A stretch of DNA of 64,000 nt from an uncultured Bdellovibrionales bacterium. Lineage in GTDB: Bacteria; Patescibacteriota; Minisyncoccia; Moranbacterales; UBA1568. Shown one piece after another: positions 17,430 to 27,039 of this stretch. A program made the translations under genes and the position numbers. The notes under the pieces are model-generated. The model saw only the letters and a list, made by a program, of their open reading frames with translations. It was not told where the DNA came from and did no database searches. Location: assembly GCA_964579335.1 (NCBI GenBank), contig CAZOFS010000001.1, positions 11,196 through 75,195 on the forward strand. Direction: 5' to 3'. The stretch's first letter is position 1. Each line of letters starts with the position of its first letter.

Positions 17430-18686
17430 ATGTTAGGAAAAAAGGTACGTTATTTAGATTGGTTAGGAAAAAAAATAGGCTTAGATTTGGCACGTCATTT
17501 TAATAATGGTCAGTGGATTTTTCTAAAATTTGGAGTGATAGCAGTAGGGGGGTGGTTAATATCACTTCTTTTTGCCAGACTTGGAACCAAAGAAGTTCTT
17601 GGTCAATACCAATACGTACTTTCATGTATTACAATCGTTTCTCTTTTATCCCTACCAGGTTTGAATACTGCAGCCCTTGAAGCTGTGGCGCATGGTCGAG
17701 AGGCGGGGGTTATTAAAGCAGTACGATGGAGCTTTTTTTTGAGTCTAATGGCATTGGTGGCACTGGTGGGATTGGGGTTTTATAGCATTTTTTTTCGAAA
17801 CCAATTTTTGGTGGGGGAAACGCTTATTTTAGCAGGGCTTCTAGCACCTTTTTATTATGCGTTTAATACCTGGAATATCTATTATGATGGGAAATCTCTT
17901 TTCAAAGAAAGCTCTCTTCGTACCGTACTTCTCTATATCTCTCTTCATCTTTCACTGGCTGTAGGTCTTTTATTAGAATTTAATGTATTAGGACTTGTGC
18001 TTACCTATCTTTTTGTTCATATTTTTCTTTTTGGCTATTTCTTTTTCGAGCTCTTAAAAAAAATAAAGGACCGAACAAACGATTATATTGATTTTAAATT
18101 TGGTGTTAATTCTTCGATTCAGCGTTTTGTTTTCGGTTTATCAAACAATGTCCCACCTCTCGCTATCTCTGCCTTGTTTGGTCTTGAGGCGGTTGCTATT
18201 TATTATATCGGTTATTTTATTGTCAATGCTGGCTCATCTCTTATGGGTATGCTCGGGTATCTCTATATTCCCGCCCTCTTCCGTGGGGTGAAAATTGCTT
18301 ACAAAAAAGTAATGCTGCAAAACCTGGTTGTAGGCATTATTTTTTGGGTCGCCTTTCTTATTTTTATCAAATTTCTTTTTATCCCTATGTATGGAGTGGG
18401 ATATTTAGAAAGTCAGAGATTAGCCTTCTTCTTCTCTATCTTGATGATTTTTGTACCACTTAAGATTTTTATGATGAATTTCTTTATGACCAGAAAGAAA
18501 AATTGGACAATCATTTCAATAATTGGTCTTGCTAATATAGTTTCGCTAGGAATTTTGTACTTACTAAAAAACCACGGTTTTTCGATTAGTATGGTAACTT
18601 ACATTTATGCCCTTGAGCTAATGACCATCTTACCTTTAGCGTATATATATCTTCAAGAAAATAGAAAATCTCTATACTCTAAATAA
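17430..18686 (+). CDS. Polysaccharide flippase (Wzx/MOP superfamily-like) membrane protein
   Basis: 418 aa with about 12 predicted TM helices and a size and topology typical of oligosaccharide-unit flippases. No soluble domain. Confidence 0.55.
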   Translation: MLGKKVRYLDWLGKKIGLDLARHFNNGQWIFLKFGVIAVGGWLISLLFARLGTKEVLGQYQYVLSCITIVSLLSLPGLNTAALEAVAHGREAGVIKAVRWSFFLSLMALVALVGLGFYSIFFRNQFLVGETLILAGLLAPFYYAFNTWNIYYDGKSLFKESSLRTVLLYISLHLSLAVGLLLEFNVLGLVLTYLFVHIFLFGYFFFELLKKIKDRTNDYIDFKFGVNSSIQRFVFGLSNNVPPLAISALFGLEAVAIYYIGYFIVNAGSSLMGMLGYLYIPALFRGVKIAYKKVMLQNLVVGIIFWVAFLIFIKFLFIPMYGVGYLESQRLAFFFSILMIFVPLKIFMMNFFMTRKKNWTIISIIGLANIVSLGILYLLKNHGFSISMVTYIYALELMTILPLAYIYLQENRKSLYSK

Positions 18687-18769
18687 GTTGAAAAGTAGCA
18701 TATAAAGCCATCTCCTTAGGTATTCTTTTCCAAGATTTTCTTGATTGCTAAGAGTGTTTGTAGTCAAAA

Positions 18770-19978
18770 TTATTCTCTTCCTTTCTTTAGACATCCAAGA
18801 AAAACCTTATCAATCTGTTCGGATATGTGACTTTGATTAAACTTTAAATTATATAGATTGAGTGCTTGTGTTGAAAATTTTTCTAGAAGAGTTTGATCTA
18901 GTAAAAAGCATTCAATTGAGTTATAAAGAAAATTTTCAATTGGCTTTAATTTTCCATTTTTTTGGAAATCGAAAAGATCTTTATAGAAATCTCGGGGATT
19001 ATAGTATTTCCCTAAAAGCTGATAGGTTTTTGGGTCATAATCCTGCAAGGGGTGATTATGAAAAACAAAGCCACTTCTATCTTCAACAACCATCTCAGTG
19101 GTGGCGTATTGATCAGTAATAATAAGAGGCATGCCGTGCGCGATCGCTTCGATTAGGACTAGGCCAAAACCATCCCGATAGGTAGGAAGACAGAAAACGT
19201 GATGATCTCGATAAAGTTGGCGCATTTCTTCAGCGCCGAGAACAGCATCGTGAAGATTGATGCCAGGTTGTGACAGGAGGCTGTCGGCATCTTCTTTTTT
19301 AAGAGCTACAATAGGAGTGATAATAGTAAGAGAAATGTTACTGTATTGCTTTCTTAAATTTAAGAAAGCGTTTACCAGTTCCCGGCCTCCTTTCATATAA
19401 AACTGTCCTACGAATAACAAGCGAAGTGTCCCAGACCATTTTTTTGGTAAGCATTTTTGGTTATCTACCAAGGGGACGGGATAGATTACTACCATTTTTT
19501 TAGTAAGAATATTTCTGACTATTTTTGGATAATATGCTGATGTAAAAAAACTCTTTTTTGATGCCTCGCTCAGGAAAATAAGTTTATGGCAATTCTTGCG
19601 GGTTGCTAGATACATAACAATGAGGCGGGCGAATGGATTTCTGGCTATTCCTAAATCATAATTGTAAGGTGATAAGCCAGTTTCGAGATAGACACAATAG
19701 GGTTTGTTGGTGATGAGAAGTGTTCCATACGTAAAAAGAATATCACCACTTGTTTCGTATCTAAAACGGACATTCGGTATTCCAATAATTCTTCGCAGCC
19801 AATGTTGCCAGGTGGTCTTTACTCGCACTATCTCTTTATCAAACGAGGGAAGTAATTTGTAGAGCATTCTCTTTGGTTTGAGATGAGCAACAAACACTCC
19901 ATGCTTGAGAATTTTTCCAAAATTAAGCACAAATTGCCGAAGATAAGGCTGGAAAAGAACAACTTGATATTTTTCCAT
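18770..19978 (-). CDS. Glycosyltransferase family 4 (GT-B)
   Basis: C-terminal donor-binding motif GFGLVLIEAIAHGMPLIITDQYATTEMVVEDRSGFVF (the E-x7-E region). Confidence 0.7.
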   Translation of the reverse strand: MEKYQVVLFQPYLRQFVLNFGKILKHGVFVAHLKPKRMLYKLLPSFDKEIVRVKTTWQHWLRRIIGIPNVRFRYETSGDILFTYGTLLITNKPYCVYLETGLSPYNYDLGIARNPFARLIVMYLATRKNCHKLIFLSEASKKSFFTSAYYPKIVRNILTKKMVVIYPVPLVDNQKCLPKKWSGTLRLLFVGQFYMKGGRELVNAFLNLRKQYSNISLTIITPIVALKKEDADSLLSQPGINLHDAVLGAEEMRQLYRDHHVFCLPTYRDGFGLVLIEAIAHGMPLIITDQYATTEMVVEDRSGFVFHNHPLQDYDPKTYQLLGKYYNPRDFYKDLFDFQKNGKLKPIENFLYNSIECFLLDQTLLEKFSTQALNLYNLKFNQSHISEQIDKVFLGCLKKGRE

Positions 19979-19984
19979 AAGGGG

Positions 19985-20659
19985 TTATTTCTTCCTTGCT
20001 TCAATAATCATTTCATTAAAAAAGGCTGATGGGAGAAAATTTGTTTCGTAGCGATTTTTACTCAGTATAAGAATCTTCTTGAAAGTATATATATGTAACC
20101 CAGCTTTTTGAAGCATGAATTTTATTAGGCGTGGAGTAAAGAAAGTATGATGTTTATAGAATCCAGAAGAATAGTACATTTGTTCTTGATAGGAAATCCC
20201 AAAGAGCATTTTAATTCGAGAAATTAATCCGACATCACTTGGAATAGTAATAAGCATGGCTCCGTCTATTTTGAGAACGCGCTGTGACTCTTTGAGTAGT
20301 CCAATGGGATCAAAAACATGCTCTACTATATCTCCAGCCCAAACAATATCGTATGCTTCTGAGCTTTCTGGAATACCTTCATCAAGATTAGTTTTTTTGG
20401 CGTTTACTCCTTGCGCTAGAGCCTTCTTGATAGCTTCCTCAGAAAAATCGAGGCCAACCACTTGATAGCCTTTTTTCATAAGTTCTTTTGAAATTCTTCC
20501 GCTGCCACAACCAATATCAAGGATCCTTAGATTGGAAGTGGGCACTTTTTTTTCTTGCGTATATCGATCAAGTAACTTGAACATCATCTGCTCTTCTTTG
20601 CTAATAGGGCAGTAATCTTCCGTGGCGTATCGTTGATCTTCTCTTTCTTCTGGTTTCAT
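19985..20659 (-). CDS. Class I SAM-dependent methyltransferase (paralog of 16542-17216)
   Basis: ILDIGCGSGRISKEL, GLDFS, DIVWAGDIVEHVFDPIGLLKE. Nucleotide-level similarity to 16542-17216 is evident; compare 20301-20420 with 16861-16980. Confidence 0.75.
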   Translation of the reverse strand: MKPEEREDQRYATEDYCPISKEEQMMFKLLDRYTQEKKVPTSNLRILDIGCGSGRISKELMKKGYQVVGLDFSEEAIKKALAQGVNAKKTNLDEGIPESSEAYDIVWAGDIVEHVFDPIGLLKESQRVLKIDGAMLITIPSDVGLISRIKMLFGISYQEQMYYSSGFYKHHTFFTPRLIKFMLQKAGLHIYTFKKILILSKNRYETNFLPSAFFNEMIIEARKK

Positions 20660-20710
20660 AGATTTTTCGTAAAAAATTACAAGTGACGCAGTCAGGAAAT
20701 AAATGAAGAA

Positions 20711-21505
20711 TTATTTTTTGCGCAAAACGAGCAGGATAGTATGACCAGAAACCGGGGCAAGGAGAGTTGAAAGGATATAGGCAATTCCCTGAGTGAGAAG
20801 ACTTTTGTTATTGTAGATAACCTGGAAGAACGGTTTCAGAGGACCAGATTCGTCTTTGAATCCCTTGAATCCTTCATAGGGTTTTTTCCTGATGAGTTCA
20901 AAACCCCAATTGGTAAAGTTTTGTACTGCTGATTCGCTTGAGAGAGCGAATTGGTAAAAATGTTCTCGATCAAATTTACTTGGATCATGTTTTGGGTAAA
21001 GGCCAAGTCTAGCCTTGAGTTGGCGTAAGGGAGACATATAGGGAAAGGTAAGGAAGAGATATCCTCCGGATTTAAGTACCCGGTGCATTTCCTGGCCGAT
21101 AGCCTCGTATCCTTCAGGGAAATGTTCGATAACACCAAGTGACCAGTAGCCATCAAAAGAGTTATTAGTAAAGTCGAGTTTGCGGACATCGCCGACCAAA
21201 AGATTGAGCTCTGGAATGACTGATTTCGCTTTCTCGACTACTTTGGGAGCGAAATCAATACCAGTTGCGTCGTAACCGCGGGCATGAAGCGAGTAGACGA
21301 ATTGACCTTTGCCGCATCCTCCTTCAAGGATCTTTGATCCTGGCTTTAGGTAATGACGGGTTATGGGATAAACAAAGCGCTCTTTGGCACCGGCGAGGAT
21401 GCTTTTCTTGAGTTTTTCATCCTCCCACTGACGGTCCCAAAATTCAGGAGTAGCATTTTCTTCGATGTATATCAAACGTTTTTGCTCTTGGTCAAAATAG
21501 CGCAT
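20711..21505 (-). CDS. Class I SAM-dependent methyltransferase (paralog of the N-terminal domain of 31172-32674)
   Basis: ILEGGCGKGQFVYSLHARGYDATGIDFAPK and DGYWSLGVIEHF...GGYLFLTFP, shared nearly verbatim with the N-terminal domain of the 31172-32674 product. Confidence 0.7.
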   Translation of the reverse strand: MRYFDQEQKRLIYIEENATPEFWDRQWEDEKLKKSILAGAKERFVYPITRHYLKPGSKILEGGCGKGQFVYSLHARGYDATGIDFAPKVVEKAKSVIPELNLLVGDVRKLDFTNNSFDGYWSLGVIEHFPEGYEAIGQEMHRVLKSGGYLFLTFPYMSPLRQLKARLGLYPKHDPSKFDREHFYQFALSSESAVQNFTNWGFELIRKKPYEGFKGFKDESGPLKPFFQVIYNNKSLLTQGIAYILSTLLAPVSGHTILLVLRKK

Positions 21506-21508
21506 ATT

Positions 21509-22243
21509 TTAGAGTTTTCTGGCGATAAGAATAATATTGAGGGCAAGGCCCCTCATGATGAGTTGGTCAAATTTTTTCGCTATCGGGAAAGGGAGCTTTC
21601 CGAGGGAGAAGAAAAACCAATCAAGGAACAGTCCGATAAGGTTATTGATAAAGTAGAAAGGAGCAAAGAGGATGCCGAGGCCAAAAGAAGCAAGAAAATA
21701 ATTCCACAGCTGGATTAGGGTAGTGAGATATGTATTGGACTCATCGAGTTTTTCAATGCGGAAGTTCTTGAAGAGGTAGGCGAGACCAAACTTGGTAAAA
21801 CGCCAATAGTCAACATTCCAAAAAGATAGTACGGTTGCATTGATGTTTTCAATTTTGGCCTCTTGGAGCGAAAGGGGAAGGCCGTGGTTGCGCATAGTCT
21901 GTGGAACCGTCACGAGCACGAGACCACCCGGCTTGAGTACCCGCTCGATTTCCCGGATAGTACCGACGGTATCAGAAATATGCTCAAGCGACTGGTTGAG
22001 AATTACCCCGTCCACAGAACTATCTGAGAGTCCAGAGTCCCAGGCGTCCCTTACGATATCAGCTTTGGTACCGGGATAGGGATCAAGGCCGATATACTGA
22101 CATGAAAAGAAGGAGGCATATGGTTTATTGCCGCAGCCAATATCAAGTACTTGCATCTCTTGGGTGAAGTGTTTGGCAAAATCCTGGACAGCTTTTTCTA
22201 CAGGTAGACGAGCAAGGTAATTGCTCGAAAAGAGGTGAATCAT
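21509..22243 (-). CDS. Class I SAM-dependent methyltransferase
   Basis: VLDIGCGNKPYASFF, GLDPYPG, and LEHISDTVGTIREIERVLKPGGLVLVTVP. Confidence 0.7.
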   Translation of the reverse strand: MIHLFSSNYLARLPVEKAVQDFAKHFTQEMQVLDIGCGNKPYASFFSCQYIGLDPYPGTKADIVRDAWDSGLSDSSVDGVILNQSLEHISDTVGTIREIERVLKPGGLVLVTVPQTMRNHGLPLSLQEAKIENINATVLSFWNVDYWRFTKFGLAYLFKNFRIEKLDESNTYLTTLIQLWNYFLASFGLGILFAPFYFINNLIGLFLDWFFFSLGKLPFPIAKKFDQLIMRGLALNIILIARKL

Positions 22244-22271
22244 GGCTACATTGGGCTTTTTTCTGGATCAG

Positions 22272-22296
22272 GTATACTATAAAAGTATACTATACC
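22272..22296. promoter_or_regulatory. Tandem GTATACTATA direct repeat in a divergent promoter region
   Basis: GTATACTATAaaaGTATACTATAcc. Each copy contains the palindrome GTATAC and a TATACT/TATAGT -10-like hexamer on either strand. It lies between a minus-strand methyltransferase operon and a plus-strand GT2 gene. Confidence 0.4.
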
Positions 22297-22383
22297 TTCT
22301 CTGAATCAAGGAGTATGAAAGGTTAATTGACAGGAGGGGTAGCTTATGTCTTTCTAAGAAAAAGAACGTACGTTTTACAGTCT

Positions 22384-23319
22384 ATGGAAATTACCACTAC
22401 CGGACGGCCTACTCTCGCAGTAGGGATACCTTGTTTTAACGAAGAATTGACGATTGCTCAGGTGATCCAAGATTTCCGCAAAGAATTGCCGGAAGCCGAA
22501 ATTTTCGTCTTTGATAATAATTCCAGAGACCAAACAGTAAGAATAGCAAAGGAAAACGGGGCTCAGGTTATTTATGAAAAGAAGCAAGGGAAGGGTTACG
22601 CCATGCAGCGCATGTTTCAAACCATGCAAGCCGACATACTTGTTATGGTAGACGGTGATGCCACGTATTTTGCTAAGGATGTGCATAAGCTTATCAAGCC
22701 TATCCTTGAAGATGATGCCGATATGGTAGTAGGCAACCGGCTACATCAGAATGACAAAGGGTTTTCTTTCGCCCATCGTTTTGGTAATGTACTTTTTAAA
22801 ATGCTTCTCAATTATCTCTTTAATACCCGGTATCAAGACATTCTTTCCGGATATCGGGCGATGAAGAAAGAATTCTACCAAGGTATCCCGCTTCTTGCTG
22901 GGGGGTTTGAGGTAGAAACAGAGCTGACACTGCAGTCCCTTGATCGGGGCTATTTCGTCCAAGAAGTACCGGTAGATTATACCAACCGACCAGTGGGAAG
23001 CCACTCAAAAATAAGCGAATTCAAGGACGGATCGAGGATTATTCTTACCATCATTTCACTCCTACGAGATTATCGACCAATGATATTTTTTTCCTACCTC
23101 GGTGGAGTTTTTATTGCTTTCGGACTTATCTTTGGAGGTGTGGTGGTAGTAGAATTCTACCAATCGGGTTTTATCACTCGAGTTCCTACTGCAATTCTCT
23201 CCATTGCCCTAGTTATTGTTGGAGTGAATGCTATTATTTCTGGTCTTATCCTGAGCGCAGTAGGACGACGCCAAAAGGAAACAGAACTTATTATGCGTCA
23301 AATTACGAAGAGGGGATAA
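22384..23319 (+). CDS. GT2 polyprenyl-phosphate glycosyltransferase (GtrB/DPM1/ArnC-like) with C-terminal TM helices
   Basis: LAVGIPCFNEELTIAQVIQDF...FVFDNNSRDQTVRIA...MVDGDATY, plus two C-terminal TM segments. Start placed at ATG 22384 (MEITTTG). The ORF is open from TTG 22327. Confidence 0.7.
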   Translation: MEITTTGRPTLAVGIPCFNEELTIAQVIQDFRKELPEAEIFVFDNNSRDQTVRIAKENGAQVIYEKKQGKGYAMQRMFQTMQADILVMVDGDATYFAKDVHKLIKPILEDDADMVVGNRLHQNDKGFSFAHRFGNVLFKMLLNYLFNTRYQDILSGYRAMKKEFYQGIPLLAGGFEVETELTLQSLDRGYFVQEVPVDYTNRPVGSHSKISEFKDGSRIILTIISLLRDYRPMIFFSYLGGVFIAFGLIFGGVVVVEFYQSGFITRVPTAILSIALVIVGVNAIISGLILSAVGRRQKETELIMRQITKRG

Positions 23320-24103
23320 GTTTCCTCTTAATGTTCTTAATGAAGTTGGGAGTCAGGATGACGATGAGCGGCTCAATCAGGTAGCGATAGTATAGCCAAC
23401 TATATCCATATCTGCGGATGTACTTGGTTTGGGTTTTGGCACATTGCCACATTTGCGCCCGTTGTTTTTCAATAGAAATTCCCTTCTCGATAGAACGGTA
23501 GCAGAGAAATTCAGGAAGATTGTAGAACTTCGTTTTTGGTGAGAGCCGAAGCCAGAGATCATAATCCTGGCCATAGCGGACAGATTCGTCATATTTCCCA
23601 ACTTCCTTGACGAGATAAGTCTTGAAGACGACACAGCTATGGGCAAAGGGATTTCTTTTGATAATGCTTTCTTTGATTTCTTCGTCACTCACCTTGAGGC
23701 TCACCGGGAATTCCTGGTTATGGGCAAGGTTAATGTAGTTGCAGCCGATCAGTCCGTACTCTCCGTGAGTCTCGAGAAAATTGAGTTGCTGTTCAAGCTT
23801 CTCAGGATGCCACCAATCGTCAGCATCAATGCGCGCAGTATAGGTTCCGGAGGCTTTATCGAGGCCCTTATTGAGGGATTTGGTCAGTCCAAGGCCAGGA
23901 GTATTTTCTATGAGGTGAAATCTTTCCTGGAAGATTGACTGCCATTTTTGGATGGCAGTGGCAGTAGTATCGGTGGAACCATCATTGATACAGACAATTT
24001 CAAAGTCCTGGAATGTCTGTTTTTGTATGCTCTCAAAACACTGGTCAAGCGTCGATGCCCCGTTGTGGATGGAAATAAGAATGGTGACTTTGGGTGAGTT
24101 CAT
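23303..24103 (-). CDS. Glycosyltransferase family 2
   Basis: VTILISIHNGASTLDQCFESIQKQTFQDFEIVCINDGSTD and ARIDADDWWHPEKL (DxD / catalytic-base region). Confidence 0.75.
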   Translation of the reverse strand: MNSPKVTILISIHNGASTLDQCFESIQKQTFQDFEIVCINDGSTDTTATAIQKWQSIFQERFHLIENTPGLGLTKSLNKGLDKASGTYTARIDADDWWHPEKLEQQLNFLETHGEYGLIGCNYINLAHNQEFPVSLKVSDEEIKESIIKRNPFAHSCVVFKTYLVKEVGKYDESVRYGQDYDLWLRLSPKTKFYNLPEFLCYRSIEKGISIEKQRAQMWQCAKTQTKYIRRYGYSWLYYRYLIEPLIVILTPNFIKNIKRKLIPSS

Positions 24104-25200
24104 GATCGTGTAAATCCAGTCAGTAGTTTATTCCAGTCATTGGCAATTTTTCTCAGAGAAAAATGTTCTTCCATGAATTTTTTGGCGGCCTGGCCAATGC
24201 GGGAACGAAGTGCTTCATCGGCCAAGAGTTTCTCGAGTGCGTCTGCGATGGCATCGCTATTTTTTACTGGGACAAGCATTCCGGTCGCTTTATCTTTTAC
24301 TAATTCTCGGTTTTCTTCGATGTCAGTCGTAATAACTGGCAGTCCGGCAGCCATCGCTTCCATGAGGGCGTTGCTCATGCCTTCAAAAAAAGTGGGCAAA
24401 ACAAAGATATGGGAAAGCTGCAGAATTTTGGGGACATCAGTTCTCTTGCCAAGAAAAAAAATATGTTCTCGAGAAACATACGAATCGATTTGCTTCTTCA
24501 GATTTGCTTTTTCTTCCCCATCGCCAATAAGGAAGAGCTTCGCACGGGGATGTCTTTGATGCACGTTTTCGAAAGCTTCCAAGAGGTAAGCATGTCCTTT
24601 ATTGGTATGCAGATTTGCTACGCAGACGATGACGGTTTCTCCCGGGGCGATGCCGAGAGACTCCTTGAGGGAGAGGTTGGCGAGAGCGGGGGTGGTATCA
24701 ATGCCATTTGGTAAAACTTGGATAGTATCCCTGACTATTCCTAAATGTTTTGCGTAGAAGCGTTTTACGGCCTCGGAGTTGGCGATGTATTGCTTCACGA
24801 GTGGCCGGGTAAGCCTCATGAGGAGGCGGGCGATAAAGTAGCGGGGATGGTTGTAGGTGGTGCGAAGGAAGGGGATGGGTGGGGCAGGAAGGATACCCCA
24901 AAGAATAAAACGAGTAACCATATCAGCATGGAAGAGATAGCTCAGGACAAGGTCGGGCTGCTCTTCTTTTACAAAGGTGCGAAGGCGGAGAAGTCCTGAA
25001 AAGTCAAAGAGGCCTCGGCAATGCACCGTCGCTACCCGGATATTGGCGGAAGCAAACCGGGGGGCGAGCTCCCCGAGTTCTTTGAGGGTGATAACGGTAT
25101 GCTCAAACTCGTCGAGGAGAGGAAGGGTACGAAGAAGCATATTCTCACAGCCGCCGTTATCGAGCGATTGGATAATGTGAAAAACCTTCTTTTTCCCCAT
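24100..25200 (-). CDS. Glycosyltransferase family 4
   Basis: FEGMSNALMEAMAAGLPVITTDIEENRELVKDKATGMLV. Start placed at MGKKKVFHII (25200). The ORF is open to 25224, which would overlap the upstream gene by 22 nt. Confidence 0.75.
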   Translation of the reverse strand: MGKKKVFHIIQSLDNGGCENMLLRTLPLLDEFEHTVITLKELGELAPRFASANIRVATVHCRGLFDFSGLLRLRTFVKEEQPDLVLSYLFHADMVTRFILWGILPAPPIPFLRTTYNHPRYFIARLLMRLTRPLVKQYIANSEAVKRFYAKHLGIVRDTIQVLPNGIDTTPALANLSLKESLGIAPGETVIVCVANLHTNKGHAYLLEAFENVHQRHPRAKLFLIGDGEEKANLKKQIDSYVSREHIFFLGKRTDVPKILQLSHIFVLPTFFEGMSNALMEAMAAGLPVITTDIEENRELVKDKATGMLVPVKNSDAIADALEKLLADEALRSRIGQAAKKFMEEHFSLRKIANDWNKLLTGFTRS

Positions 25201-25202
25201 TG

Positions 25203-26294
25203 TCATACCCGTGTGCCAATACACGTTATCCCTGCTTCAGGGTGCTCGTAGGCTTCAATTGCTTGCAAATGCGCATCAGTAAACCATTCTCGAATTTCTT
25301 CTACGTAGTAGTAGTTACTTTTGGGTGTGGCCAAAACATCAAAGGCATCATTGAGCTTCATGTTGAAGGGAAAATGGCGATAGTAAGCAAAGGGAAGCTT
25401 CTCTTCAAGTTTGGGAAACCCAATTTCACCGAGCCACTTTCCGAAGAGATTAATGCCATGGACGACTCCCCCGGGGATATAGCACAGCTTGAAAAGAAGG
25501 GGTTTTGGAAGTTTCTTGAGGAGGGAGCGCAGTGGTTCGTAGAAATAGAGCGCCCGGGCATTGTTGCGGCGGTTATACACCCAAATAAGCATCTTTCCGC
25601 CTATTTTGAGGACACTAGGAAGTTTACTGAAGCCCTGCTTGGGTTGGGGCAAATGATGAAGCACGCCAATAGAGTAAGCAATGTCAAAAATCTGATGGAA
25701 GGGCATGGCATAAATATCAGCCTGGACAATGCAGACATTAGGCAAATCTTTAGTCAGGCCATAGGCAACCTCAACCGTTTCTCCGAGATCGGTCCCAAAA
25801 GAAACTTCGGTTCCCGAAAGAGCTGCCCATTTGGTAAATCGCCCTGAACCACAGCCGATATCGAGGGTAGTTTTTCCTTTTAAATCCTGCTCTCTGAGAA
25901 AAGGGGAAAGAAAATGGAAAAAGTTATTTTTTTCATAATCGTTTTCTTTGTAGATATATTTCCATTCATAAGCGAAACTCTCAGCTGTTTTTTTCTGGTG
26001 CCTGAGGAATGCATCGAGGTCGGGAATATTATCGATGGCCCGCTGCCACTCGTTATGGGCGTTTTCAGGCAATTGATCTTTGTGTTGGTGAAAAAAGTCC
26101 TGGTGAGCTTGAAGGAGGTTTTCTTTGAGTTCACCGATGAGAATACGAGGAATCCCATTAATAATGGGGTACCAGCTTTGAGTAGTAGTGAGGAGGCCAG
26201 AAATCACATGCTCCCCCTCTTTTTGATAGGAGTGGAGTTCGAAGAGTTCATGGAAAAGAGGATCAGAAAGATGGGGAAGGAATTTTTCACGCAT
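25203..26294 (-). CDS. Trm112-like small domain fused to a class I SAM-dependent methyltransferase
   Basis: N-terminus SWYPIINGIPRIL (Trm112p-like zinc-ribbon-like motif). C-terminus TLDIGCGSGRFTKWAALSGTEVSFGTDL and GGKMLIWVYN. Confidence 0.6.
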   Translation of the reverse strand: MREKFLPHLSDPLFHELFELHSYQKEGEHVISGLLTTTQSWYPIINGIPRILIGELKENLLQAHQDFFHQHKDQLPENAHNEWQRAIDNIPDLDAFLRHQKKTAESFAYEWKYIYKENDYEKNNFFHFLSPFLREQDLKGKTTLDIGCGSGRFTKWAALSGTEVSFGTDLGETVEVAYGLTKDLPNVCIVQADIYAMPFHQIFDIAYSIGVLHHLPQPKQGFSKLPSVLKIGGKMLIWVYNRRNNARALYFYEPLRSLLKKLPKPLLFKLCYIPGGVVHGINLFGKWLGEIGFPKLEEKLPFAYYRHFPFNMKLNDAFDVLATPKSNYYYVEEIREWFTDAHLQAIEAYEHPEAGITCIGTRV

Positions 26295-26358
26295 AGAGGG
26301 TTTACAGTATTTATCCGTTAATTATAGACGATTTAGTACTTTCTTCAAGCAGGGAAAA

Positions 26359-27039
26359 TTAGGGCTTTTGGCAAATAATCGTGTAGTGAGGATACACCAA
26401 CATGCGCTTTTTAGTGAGGGAAGATGTTATAAAACCTATCTTCTTAAGTTCCTGCTCTGCTGTTTCGGCTACCATCTCATTGCCTATTTCTCCCGCGCAT
26501 ACAAAGTCATGAAGTTTGTTGAAACTTGTGAGAATGGGTTGTCCGGCATCAATGTCTTTTAGGACAAGTTTTGTACCAGGAGCCATTTTGTTGTAGATCT
26601 CCTGGAGAAAGGTAACCTGATCTTGTTTAGGGACGTGATGGAGTACATCAATGAGGAAGATATAGTTATACAAGCTGACTGTTTCAGGAATATCTTTCCC
26701 ATTGAAAGTGGTGAGGGTAGTAGAGATAGAGGTATTTTCTTGAAGCACTCTCTTGGCATTACTAATCAACGTGTCTGAAATTTCAATTCCTCCGAGGAGA
26801 TGGGGGTATTTGAATTTTGAGACTAAAGAAAGAAACATGCCATTACCACAACCGATATCGAAAACAGCAGCTTTCTCTGGGAGAATGTCGAGAAGATCAC
26901 CAAGAGGGCAGATATAAGGACGGTAAGCAATCTTAAGTTTATCAAGCAATTTTGCATCCTTTGGATCTCTTGATTGAAGGAACTGGGAAAGTTCACGGTT
27001 AGAAAATTTTTTCATAGTATTTGGTGAGGCCTGAAACAT
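26359..27039 (-). CDS. Class I SAM-dependent methyltransferase
   Basis: AAVFDIGCGNGMFLSLVSK, GGIEIS, and IFLIDVLHHVPKQD...GTKLVLKD. The annotated start overlaps the upstream gene by 41 nt; an alternative start is MKKF at 27015. Confidence 0.7.
   Translation of the reverse strand: MFQASPNTMKKFSNRELSQFLQSRDPKDAKLLDKLKIAYRPYICPLGDLLDILPEKAAVFDIGCGNGMFLSLVSKFKYPHLLGGIEISDTLISNAKRVLQENTSISTTLTTFNGKDIPETVSLYNYIFLIDVLHHVPKQDQVTFLQEIYNKMAPGTKLVLKDIDAGQPILTSFNKLHDFVCAGEIGNEMVAETAEQELKKIGFITSSLTKKRMLVYPHYTIICQKP

Noticed and set aside
25880-26321. ORFs 25880-26158 (-) and 25914-26321 (+) overlapping the Trm112-MT fusion gene
   Set aside because: Embedded in the well-supported methyltransferase CDS. 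Translations are low-complexity (Lys/Phe-rich).
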